From Diplonema japonicum (Eukaryota; Protista; Euglenozoa: Diplonemea), in contig OZ025677.1 in NCBI GenBank assembly GCA_964019335.1, positions 62,001 to 126,000 of the forward strand: DNA of 64,000 nt, written 5' to 3'. Below, one piece after another: positions 11,786 through 22,134 of the stretch. The translations under genes were made by a program, and so were the position numbers. Position 1 is the first letter of the stretch; each line of letters starts with the position of its first letter. The notes beneath the pieces were generated by a model that was not told the DNA's origin, did no database searches, and worked only from the letters and a program-made list of their open reading frames with translations.

Positions 11786-12370
11786 CTAGTTTGGCGCTCC
11801 ATTGTTTGTGCGCACGAGCGGCCTCCTCCCCTTGGGTCAGGGCGACTTCGTTCAAGGTCGCGTGACGGATGAACCTTGTTGTCACCCCGAGGCTCTAGTC
11901 CTCGTAGGAAAGCTCCTGAAACAGCCTGTGTTCTGGCAACCTCGGTTGCGTGTCCATCCACAACAGGAACTTGTCGATCTGCTTGTCCTGTGAACTTAAG
12001 ACCAGGCGCCTGGCCGCCTGCTCAGGTCGGTTTTGCCCCCCACAAAGGTAAGCATCACCGAACCTTTCGGGGTGTCGTGATGTCCCTGCTCACGTGCTTG
12101 ACTAGGAGATTCTTCAAGTCGACCCACCGGCACACCGAAGCCAGCTGGAGGCTCAAGGCCCCCGCCAAGATGCCTCTCTTGGGGATCACCTCCTTCACTG
12201 CGGACATGGTCGGCACCCGAGCCATCTTGTCCGAGAGTTTTCGACTCAGGGATCGCCGAAGAAGTTGAAAAGGGGACCTCTTTGTGCGCACGTGCGGAAT
12301 TTTACCTAATAAAATAGCTCATTACGCTGCCATCAACTAGTTTTTAGTCTCGACAATATTATTGTTAAAA
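11786..12370. repeat. dispersed short element (variant A) split by a 459-bp insert with 17-bp core duplication
   Basis: CTAGTTTGGC...GCCATCAACTAG internal inverted repeat and ACAATATTATTGT hairpin. TTTGTGCGCACG(A/T)GCGG is duplicated at 11805-11821 and 12281-12297. Confidence 0.85.
11822..12280 (-). pseudogene. tyrosine recombinase fragment (VIPER/TATE/DIRS/Crypton-type YR), frameshifted, truncated at both ends
   Basis: Across frameshifts it reads LSLQLASVCRWVDLKNLLVKHV (box I R-x-x-D-L), VMLTFVGGKTD (catalytic K), and LFQELSY...LGVTTRFIRHATLNEVA (box II-like). The final H/Y is missing. Confidence 0.6.
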
Positions 12371-13159
12371 CAAAAAAAAAAAAAAAATATATATAGACAA
12401 ACTAGGCCACTGAACCAAATCAGAACCGCAATTATGAGAATATAAAAAATAAATAAATAAAGGGGGGGGGGGAGAAGAGAAAAGATAACACAGTCAAGAG
12501 TTTACAATTATCTCCAGCCTGACATGAATAGAGGCACAGGGCCACAGCAAGCAGGCTCTTCGGAAGCAAAACAAAACTCTAGATGGTTAACAAAGTTGTT
12601 TCTGTTGTCTCTTCTTCAATTCTGTTTTTTTTTTTCGTTTTTTTTCTTCATAGAAATAAATACCGTAGCAAAGAATAGGGGGGGGGGGGGGGAGAAAAGC
12701 ACGAACGAAAAAAAAAAAAAAAACGAGAAAGGAGAAAACAAAAAAAAACCCCCCCCAGCCATAGTAACGAAGGCACTACACGCGATATTTCTTTTGTTAA
12801 AGTGAACCATAATAATAAAATAAAAAAAATAAGAAAAAAGTATTTTTTAAAAAAAAAAGGGGTGAGGAGGGAAAGAGAGAAAAACAAAAAGAAGAAGGGG
12901 AGAGGGGGGGGAAAAAGGGGGTGAGCACCCCCCCTCCGTTCCTTCTTCTTTTTTTCTTCCTCCTTCTTCCTTTTTTTTTTCCATTCTTTTCTTTTCTCTT
13001 TTTTTTTTTTCACGTTTCAGCTGGGGGTGCGGGAAGGGGAAAAAAAAAAAAAAAATGAAGCAAGTCTCAGGATCTCAAGCTATTCTAATAAAATAACCAT
13101 GTTTCCAGTGGCGCCAAAAGACAAAACAGAAAAAAAAAGGGATTTTTCCCTACGAGAGC

Positions 13160-13200
<41 letters not shown>

Positions 13201-13296
13201 TTTCTTTTTTTTTTTTTTTTTTTTTTTTCCAGGCAAAAAAAAGAAAGAAGGGAAAGAGAACGAAAATTCTTACAAAAAAAAAAAAAAAAAAAAAAG

Positions 13297-13836
13297 TTAG
13301 GTTCTGGAAGCTCGCTTTGCCTTCAGTTCCCTTCGAAGCTTTACCCGCTCTAGTGTAGAGGTGTATTTCCTGTACTCCTCTCCTGTTATATGGAGGTCCC
13401 AGTTCAAAGTGGTGAGGAGCTGATGTTCCATTATGTTAAGGTCACGCAAGGTGACCCCGCCTACAGTAGCATAGTAACTATTGAGGTAGAAAACATCATC
13501 ACGTAATTTCACGGCCACAGTGAAGGTAGCAAGCAAGAGCCTGTGGATATTTCGGGTTGTGAGCTCCCTGTTCGTGATATTTGTGAATCTGTCTAAATAG
13601 ATGAGAACCACTATGAATGACTCGCGGCTGCATTTTCCGTACTTTACGAGCCTTACAAAATAGTCTTTCACGCTAATCCCTGCGTCTTTACTGCCGTCGA
13701 AAACCGTTCCGCCGTCTCTGCCCGTGCCTTCCACTAGAAGGTTCTCCACCAGCTCTGCTGCGATCGGGAGCAGCTCATTGTAGCTCCCTGTCACCTCAAC
13801 AGAGCTGAAATCTCTTCTACTTGTCACCAATGGCAT
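13297..13836 (-). CDS. PHO80/CYC2-like (P/U-type) cyclin
   Basis: ISVKDYFVRLVKYGKCSRESFIVVLIYLDR, NIHRLLLA..VAVKLRDD.FY.NSYYA.VGGV...LN.ME..LL..LNWDL is typical of Pho80-family cyclins. Confidence 0.93.
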   Translation of the reverse strand: MPLVTSRRDFSSVEVTGSYNELLPIAAELVENLLVEGTGRDGGTVFDGSKDAGISVKDYFVRLVKYGKCSRESFIVVLIYLDRFTNITNRELTTRNIHRLLLATFTVAVKLRDDVFYLNSYYATVGGVTLRDLNIMEHQLLTTLNWDLHITGEEYRKYTSTLERVKLRRELKAKRASRT

Positions 13837-14130
13837 TTTTTCTCATTTAGATCTTTTTTTTTTTTCCTGTTTTTTTTTTTTTTTTTTTTTTTGAACGACA
13901 GAAGGGAAAAAAAAAAGAATAGAAAAAGAAGAAAAAAAAAGAGAGAAAAAGAATAAGGGTGGGGGGGGGGGGGGGTAAAAGTTTGGTATGGAGAAGGGAA
14001 AAAAAAAAAAAAAAAGAAGAAACTCGTGGTTTTTTTTTTTTTTTTTTGGATGAAATAAAAAAAAACTTTTCTTTTAATATTTCAAACAGCTTTTTTTGTG
14101 GGGGCAAAAAGAAAAAAAAAAAAGATGAAA

Positions 14131-15069
14131 ATTCACTATGATGGGGGAGAAAAACAAAAAAAAAAACGGTCGCCCGCTTTTTTTTTTTTCTTCCTTTTTT
14201 TTTTCTTTTTCTTTTTTCTTTTTTCTCTTCACCTTTTTTTCTTTTTTTGCTTCCTTGTGAAGGCACAATAAAAGAAAGAGGGAAGAAATGTGTACAACAT
14301 GTGCAACCAACAAATTAATATTCAGGTTTTCTTTTTCTTTTTTTTGTCATTCCAAAGGACAGAAGCCTGCAATGCTATAATACCGAAATAAAGCTGGTGG
14401 GAAAAGGCGAGGGTGGAAAACCAATGTTTCCTCAGAAGTGAAGCAAATAAATAAATAAAAAAGGGCAGTGTGAATTGTATTTTTTTTTTCTTCTTAGTCG
14501 TTTTCGAATCTTTCTTTCTTTTTTCTTTTTTTTTTTTTTTTTTCCCGTACTTTTTATTTTAAACTTTCACCCTCAATAACTCACATAGGGGTTTTTGGGA
14601 GTGCTTTTTTTTTTTTTTTTTTTTCCAGGGGAAAAAAAAGGGGGGGTAGAGGTAGGGCGGTGTTCAAGATATTCCATTTTTCCCTTTCCCTGTTCTGTTT
14701 CCCCCCTTTCTTTCCCCCCTTCCGTCCCCCCTTGAAAACGATTCAGGTTAGGGAAATCTAATGTTTTAACAGCTTTTTTGGACAACTCTTCGCTAAAAGA
14801 TAAAGAAGCTCCCCAGTTGCAGCCTGTGCGTTCGCATTACTATTTATTTGTAAAACAACGAAATTCACAATGATTAGCAACGGCCCATAAGAAAGATATA
14901 GGGGAGGAAAGTAAAGATCCGAAAGGGGAAAAAGAAAATGGGGGAAATGGTGATTCGCAAAAAAAAAAAAAAAACTTTTTCTTCCTTTTTTTTTTTTTTT
15001 TTTTTTCTTTCTTAAGGTGGCCGAAAGGATTGCAACAAAAAGGACGATTAGGGAATTCACCCCTCAAAC

Positions 15070-15114
<45 letters not shown>

Positions 15115-15798
15115 TTGTTTTGTCCAATAGTTATCTAACAGCCGTCCCAGTATCAGAGTGGTTAGTCACCACAATATCCAGCTAGGGTAACAAAAAAAAA
15201 AAAAAGTCTTTTATATAGCTATACATAGGTTGCTAATAGAAAAATATATCTCTGGTTAAATCGCAATTTCTTTTTTTTCTTTTTTACTTTTTTGTGAATT
15301 GGATGGTCTTACGTGAAGACTATAAGTACTGTAAAACTGAAAAAGTGGGGGAAAAAAAAAAGAAAAGAAAAAAGACCCCCTGACATAACGGGGGGGGAGA
15401 GAAAAAAATTCACAATGATAAGAAACGAAGAAGTGGTTCGCAACGGCCTACCTATATCTTCCAACCCTTTCTTTTTTCCGGTCATTTACAGTAAATCCCT
15501 TTTTCTTTATGCCCCATGACTCCGCAGATACAACAACAAAAGGAGGAGGGGGGCAGGGAAAAAAAAAATATTCACTAAGTGGTTAGCAACGGCCCGCCTA
15601 AAAAAGGGAAAAAAAAAAAGAGAAAAAAAAAAGGAGATGGGAAGAGGAGGGAAAAAAAAAAAAGAAAAGAGATGTCACATGCAAACTCCGCGCGAGAGCG
15701 CAGGCCCCTAGAAGAAGGGGGAGGGGGTATGAGAAAAAAAAAAACAAAGTAAAAATCTGTTTGTGCAGAAGCGCTGACGCTACTACGGTTGTTTTTTT

Positions 15799-15834
<36 letters not shown>

Positions 15835-16109
15835 CTGAGATAATTCTTGTTTTTAAAAAAAAAAAAGATTCCGGGAGCCTGTGATCGCCATTTCTTCACG
15901 AACGGTTGAGAGAGAGAGAGAGAAAAAAAAAAAAAAAGAAAAAAAGAGGGAACTGGTCGTTGTTTGTACGTGCCGGGTAGAAACCTAGAGATAGTTTATT
16001 CCCGTAACAGCGTATTCCTCAAACCACTAACCCTACATATAAAAATGACACCAAAAAAAAAAAAAAAAAATTCACTATGATCGGAACGAAGTGGTTAGCA
16101 ACGGCCCGC
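14131..16109 (-). repeat. cluster of mini-copies (~15-45 nt) of the 3' terminus of the retrotransposon at 29373-30263
   Basis: AATTCACTATGAT..GAACGAAGTGGTTAGCAACGGCCCG-like copies at ~14131 (partial), 14861-14887, 15406-15448, 15570-15597 and 16069-16109. All share the orientation of 29371-29411. Confidence 0.8.
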
Positions 16110-16137
16110 AAAAAAAAAAAAAAAAAAAAAAAAAGTT

Positions 16138-16392
16138 GCGTTAAGCGTGCAACGAAGCACGAACTATCTACTTGATTACAGGGGGCGCTCGGCCGAGCAG
16201 TAGCTTCTTCTGCGTTCCGCGTCGTGTCCTTAATGCGTGCGGTGTGCAACTAAACCCTAGCCGGGGCTGAGCATCTGCATTATGATCTCCCACTCGGGCG
16301 CTACCGGTGATGACCGACGAGGAGGAACACATCTGATGTTTTTTTTCTTTTTTTTTTTCTTATATTTTCATGTTATCCCTACCAGCACCACC
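16138..16392. repeat. dispersed SINE-like repeat (family E)
   Basis: GCGTTAAGCGTGCAA.GAAGCACGAACTA...GCAGTAGCTTCTTCTGCGTTCCGC...CATGTTATCCC is shared with 58263-58583. Partial copies at 21261-21381 and 18370-18415 (internally deleted). Confidence 0.8.
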
Positions 16393-16549
16393 AAAAAAAA
16401 GAAAATTAAAAAGAAACTCCAGAAAATAGGAATTCGTGATGTGCAGTTACATTTTTTTTTCTTCCTTTTTTTTTTTTTTTTTTTTTTTTTTTTCTTTTTT
16501 CCTCTTCCGCTTTTTTTGCATGAACAAGAAAAACAATATATTGATAATG

Positions 16550-16756
16550 AATTGTTAGTGCTAGAAAAAGTAGTGGTGGCATTGCTGGGCTTATCCTTCT
16601 ACAGGTTGATCCCCCGGCTGTGCACAAACAACAAATGAAATAAAAGATAAAATAGAATAAATTCTTTATATGTCTTGTTGTTCACCCCTTTGGCAGCTCT
16701 TCAGCACTTACTTCTTGCTCGTCGCACGAGAAAAAAGGTTTTAAAAAAGCTGCGAA

Positions 16757-16789
<33 letters not shown>

Positions 16790-17097
16790 CTTTGCTCGGC
16801 AACAAGTTGCATATAGTCACCGGTAATGGGCCCCCGGTAAGGTGGGGATAGACCGGCGATCGCCGGTCTAAGCAATTATTTTGAATTAAGCCGTCTGTCT
16901 ACTAGACGGCGAAGTTCTTGTGGTAACCATGGGGGGGCAGGGGTTGCCCCTTTTGTGAGGAATTTTTCAGCTAAGCAGTTGGTCGAGCCGTTGCTTCACC
17001 ACTTAGGCAATCAGTTCTCGTGCTCTAGTGCAGCAGCTGAAGCCAGGATATAGTTATAAAATCATTTTTTTTTTTTTGAAAGATGAATATTTGTAAC
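16550..17097. repeat. two facing copies (variants D and C) of the GTGCGCAC-core short element, with nested insertions
   Basis: 16550-16637 matches the reverse complement of 30290-30375. 16660-17097 matches 46683-46816 but has a ~40-bp insert next to GCACGAG and a 230-bp insert (16818-17047). Confidence 0.75.
16818..17047. mobile_element. 230-bp hairpin-rich insertion with 7-bp target duplication
   Basis: ATATAGT is duplicated at 16811-16817 and 17048-17054; the empty site is visible in the 46683-46816 copy. Contains the perfect 22-bp palindrome TAGACCGGCGATCGCCGGTCTA. Confidence 0.7.
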
Positions 17098-18043
17098 AAA
17101 AAAAAAAGAAAAGGTTTCAACAATTTTTTTGGGGGGGTAAGTTTGGTCGTTCGTGCCCTGACTATGTTCTTTTTTTTCAGTCCCCCCAATTAAGTAAATT
17201 GAGAGCTATGTTGTACCCTTTCTTCTTCTTTCTCCACCCAGAGGCATAGAGATGCCTATTTATTCATAGAAGTCGCCGGTTACTAACTTTTTTTTTTTTT
17301 CTCTTTCCCTCCTCTTTTATTTTTGCAAATGAATAGATAAATTTGTGAATTGTGGAACGAGTAGCACACTACTTTTTTCTTTTCTTTCTTTCCAAAAGAA
17401 ACGCGCATCCTCGAAAAAAAAAAAACAAAGAATAGATAACTCTGGTTCCGATGGGAGCCAAAGAAAAAAAAAAAAAAAAGAAAAAAGAAAACTAAATGCA
17501 GTGGTGCGTATTCTCCTTATTTCTGCCTTCTTACGTCTTGCCTTTCTCTCATGGGGCCAGTTTTCTTTCGCGCACGAAGAAGGAGGCCCTGTGATCGATT
17601 CTAAAGGCACAGTTTTAAGCAAAAACACAGTAGATTACGGGTTTGCGGGTTTGCGGAAAAAAACAAGTGCAACATCACCCCCTTTTTTTTCTTTTGATAG
17701 AAGAAAACCGTTCACAGTGGATTTGGACATCGCAGCCAGGTGAGCGCTAAAATAAGTTGAGAATCGGAAGCCAAGACGATAGCTTAGATTTCTTTTTTTT
17801 ATCAGGTGGTATTGTGGAGAAAAGAAAAGAAGCAGTTTTCTTTTTTTTTTTTTTTCCCCTTCTTTTTTTCCTTTGCTACTGTGATGAACGGTGTTCGCCC
17901 CACACCCCCCCCCCTTTTTTTTTAAAACAGCCCACTTTCATTCGCTTCCTCATTCGGACAACGAGCACCAAAAAAAAAAAATGCTTTATTCCCACGAAAG
18001 GGGGTGTTTAAAAAAGAGTGACGAGAAGGGGAAAACAAAAAAG

Positions 18044-18074
<31 letters not shown>

Positions 18075-20050
18075 AAAGACAAGAATGAAAAAAAAGGGTT
18101 GAGGGAAGTGAATTCTTACTTTATCTGAGTCAAAAAAAAAAAAATGGGACTTTTTGGGAATGCTGAACTAATTGGCAGGTATCCCTCTGCTAAGGCTAAA
18201 TATCTCCCGGATACCGATAGCAAGAGTCCCTGAAACCTTATCTTGCTCGGCACGGTCAAAAGGCAGACTGATCAGGATACGTATCTGCTCGAGGAGGTAA
18301 GTTTGCTGTAGTACTGTCGGGACGTAAGTGGCTGCTCCTCCGGGAAACGTCCTTGCCCTTGTAAGGCTACTTTGATTGCAACACAAAGTAGCGTTAAGTT
18401 CCATGTTATCCCCACAAAAAAAAAAGAAGAAAAACTCAAAAAGGAATTCAATAAAAAAAAAGGGGGGAGGGGGCCGACTATTCGCCTTATGCACACAGAG
18501 GGATAAAAAAAAAAGAACAAGTTAATCAGTGTGCCATCAACGCTGTAAATCGCTACCGTATTCATAAATTTGTTCCACATGAAAAGCACTCATGCGAAAG
18601 AACAAGATCCACAAGAATTTCGGCACCTTGGGATCAGTGCAACGGGGCCTAGAAATAGGAGATTCATTTGAACGGGATTAAAGAAGTTCCCGTAAATCTT
18701 TTATTTTTCTGAATACGGTAATTTACTTTTTCTTCTTCTTCTTTTCTTCTTTCTTTTTGATAGGTATTTGCCAAGCCGGATTAGAAATACTAAATAAGGG
18801 GGGGGGGGGGAAGAACTATTCGCTGGCTTGTAAGCAGAGCTTTCGTGAATGCGCTAACCTATAGATTGGCATTTTTTTTCTTTTTTTTTTCTTCTCTTTT
18901 TTTTTTTGTTTCAGCTGCATGGCTGAGAAGTAATGACAAGTAGCGACAACTTAAAAAAAAAAAATCTCCCCCTTTTTTTGGGGGCATCTCTTATTCCCCT
19001 GTTTCAAAAGTCGCCTGGGTGATGGTGTTAAACATAGCCTCATCACATCTGCTTGTCTTAAAAAATAAACTGACCCGCTCAAAAAAAAAAAAAAAAAAAA
19101 AAAAAAGAAGAAAGCAACGCAGTTGTGTGTGTTGTGTGAGGGGAGGGAGGGGCGAAGATATGGGAGTATAAAAAAAAAATATTAAAAAAAAAGTCTTTTT
19201 TGAGCTCGTCCGGAAAAGACTGTCAACAAACCCTGCCGTTAAATTTCTGAGTAGAAAAGTAGTTCGACACCACTTCGTGTGCAGAATTGCGGTCTAGGCT
19301 TGATCACCATATAGGTCACAATGTTCACCGTTTTGTTTTATTTTTTAAAACGTGTGCAAAAACATGTTTTTGAGTATGGTTTTTGGCGTTGTATATTACA
19401 AATAATCCAGATCCCTACCCGGGCTGGGTAGTACCATATATTTTCTTTCGCTAAGTACTTGCTCAAATAATAAAAACAAAAGATTGTTCGAATTGCCAAA
19501 TAAAAAAAAAAAGTGTTGACATTTTTGATCCGGACAAGCTCATATTTGAAAAAAATATATATTCAACAACTGGCCTAAAAAGAGGAGAAAAGAGAAACAC
19601 CCCTTGACATCCAGCTGCTTGAGAAAGAAAAATAGAATAGAAAAGTTTGTACGCACCGATACCTAAACTGCATCACCACATAAAAGTTTCGGCTACCGTA
19701 TTTGACTCAAGGAACGAAAAAAAAAATTTAGAAAGTTTTTTTCGAAAATTCTATAATCTCTTTTGGCTCTTTAGGCACCGAGCTGCTACCTAAAAATACG
19801 AAATTAATTTTTTGGAAAGGAAAGCCATTTCATATTAAGTCCGAATACGTAAGTTTTTGATTTTTTTTTTTTGAACAAATCATACAACACAATAAAATTG
19901 AATCTTTTTTTTTTCTTCCTCTTTTATTCCAACCACTACTCCTGTAGATTTCTTTTTTGTTTTTTTTGTTTTTTGTTTTTTTTCAAACACAAAAAAAAAG
20001 AAGAAAAAAAAAGCCAAGTAAGAAAAAACATCTTTTTTTTTTTTTTTCTG

Positions 20051-20083
<33 letters not shown>

Positions 20084-20464
20084 ATTTTCTGGACTGATTT
20101 TTTTTTTTGAACACAAAAAGAAGGGGGAAAAAAAAAGGGGGGGAAAGTTTTTTTTGTTTTTGTTTTTTTTTTTAGCGGTGGGAGAATTGAATAACTGAAA
20201 CGCTTCATTAATAGCTAACCTTACGTAATGCCAAAACTACACTTCGCTAAATCGCTATTTAATCGCGATTGGTATCCTGGACACCAGTTCGATTACTTAG
20301 GGAAAGGGGAAATCGGATTAGAGGGGTCCAGTTTATAAACCAGACTTGTTTTCGCCGGGCCCATTTTTTTTTTTTTTTTTCAGAATTAGAAAAAAGAAAT
20401 ATTTCGACGGGTGGGTTCGGGCAGGCTGGCTGTTGAAATATCCCAGGTGTCCCAGGTGTATTAA

Positions 20465-20505
<41 letters not shown>

Positions 20506-20868
20506 AAGAAAGAAAAGAAAAACAATCAACGTAGCCCTACTCTTTAACTTCTGTATGACGGTCTCACGCAGAAACAATGACGGCCACATAAACTCTTAAA
20601 GTGCACCACTAAAACAATTCACCCCCTTGCACAGGGAACACATATAAGAGTTATAAGGCGTAATATGGAATAAAAATAAAGAAGGAAACAAGAAAGAAGG
20701 GAAAAAAAAAAAGAAAAAGAGAAAAAAAAAAGTAACAGAATACCGAACCAAAGTAGGGGGAAGATCAGGTGGAGGTGGGGGGGAGAAGGCTAACAAAAAA
20801 GTAGCTAGAAAAACGGGCCCACAGAAAAAAGAAGAAGAAAAAAAAATGGCCTGCAAAATGTATCTCAC

Positions 20869-20904
<36 letters not shown>

Positions 20905-21191
20905 AAAGGATTTTGGAAAAATTCGGCGCAGATTTGTTTGTGCAAAGCCGGTCGAAGCTGGTCTTTTGTGCAAGCCCCCATATCGCTCCCTGACGCAAGT
21001 CCACGCGGGATCCCTCAGGTCAGTTCCGAGGGTCGATGTCGGTGCTAGACATTTCTTTTTTTTTTTTTCCCGTTTTTTTTGTGCAAAATCGTTTTTCACC
21101 TACAGTAGGGATAAACGGAATAAAGCTGCGTCCACTTTTTTTCTTCTTCTTTTGAAGTTTTCTCTTTTTAATTCAAAGACGCTCACTTTAA

Positions 21192-21225
<34 letters not shown>

Positions 21226-21402
21226 AGAATGACTTTGGTTGCTTATAAACCTCCTGGCGTACAAGGGCGCACCTCGGCAAAGCAGTAGCTTCTTCTGCGT
21301 TCCGCATCCTCAATGGGGCGCCCCGGGTACCAAGATACTGCCTGTTCGTCGCCCTGAGCATTTCTTATCCCCAGCACCACCAGAAAAAAAAAAAAGTAAC
21401 CC

Positions 21403-21909
21403 TCAACACAAACTTTCCACTTTTTCAGAATTATCATCGGCCACAGGGACGATTTTTATAACGCCATGTGAAGGTGGTGACCGCTTTTTGATCATTTCTA
21501 AAGTGACAAGTTGTGTGTCCGTCTGCAGACGAATAGGGGCAGGGGGGGGTTGTAAATCGTCGTCAGAAGCAGTGCGGAAGAGGCAGGTTGGGAGCTCATC
21601 GTAGGACTTGCAGTGACTTACAGGACTCACCGGTTCGTCCCCACTTTCGTCTTCATACATCCCAGGTGAAGGCACTGGGTGTCCATTTGAGACAGCCGGC
21701 GGTAGAGTACTCACCCACCCGCACATCTTCTCCTTTCTCTCCTTATCCATTGACCCCACGCTCATGGTGTCGGAGTACAGGTCCTTTGTCATCGCAAGCT
21801 TCACCTTTGCCACCATCGCGTACTTCTTCATCCTGATGGACCGTGTCAAGCTGGACGGCTCCTTCTCCTCCCTCACGTCTTGCATGTGCACCGACCCTCC
21901 GCAGCCCAT
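21403..21909 (-). CDS. small protein with N-terminal dual-acylation motif (MGCGGS), unknown function
   Basis: 168-aa GC-rich ORF starting MGCGGS, a myristoylation/palmitoylation signature seen in euglenozoan membrane and flagellar proteins. Confidence 0.75.
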   Translation of the reverse strand: MGCGGSVHMQDVREEKEPSSLTRSIRMKKYAMVAKVKLAMTKDLYSDTMSVGSMDKERKEKMCGWVSTLPPAVSNGHPVPSPGMYEDESGDEPVSPVSHCKSYDELPTCLFRTASDDDLQPPPAPIRLQTDTQLVTLEMIKKRSPPSHGVIKIVPVADDNSEKVESLC

Positions 21910-21976
21910 TTGCCACAAATGCCTTTATTCTTTTTATTATTTTCTTTTTTTTTTTTTTTTGTGTGCACTGAAATAG

Positions 21977-22007
<31 letters not shown>

Positions 22008-22134
22008 GGGAAAATATGATATTTTGCACGCGGCAAAGAGGTTAGAGCGTGCGCGTGTGTGTGTGTGTGTGTGTGTGTGTTTTTCCTTTTCTTTTTTTTT
22101 TTCCCCTCTTTTTTTTTTTTTTTTTTTTGTTGTT

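Noticed and set aside
11805-12297. CRISPR array interpretation of the repeat-insert-repeat structures
   Set aside because: Only two repeats per locus, inserts of 40-459 bp, no cas genes and a eukaryotic context. Kept only as a formal analogy.
16250-16260. TAAACCCTA telomere-like/telo-box motif
   Set aside because: Single unit, absent from the sister copy at 58263-58583.
9116-21232. Numerous F/K/P/G-rich ORFs in spacers
   Set aside because: These are translations of homopolymer tracts that lack stops by composition; no coding signal.
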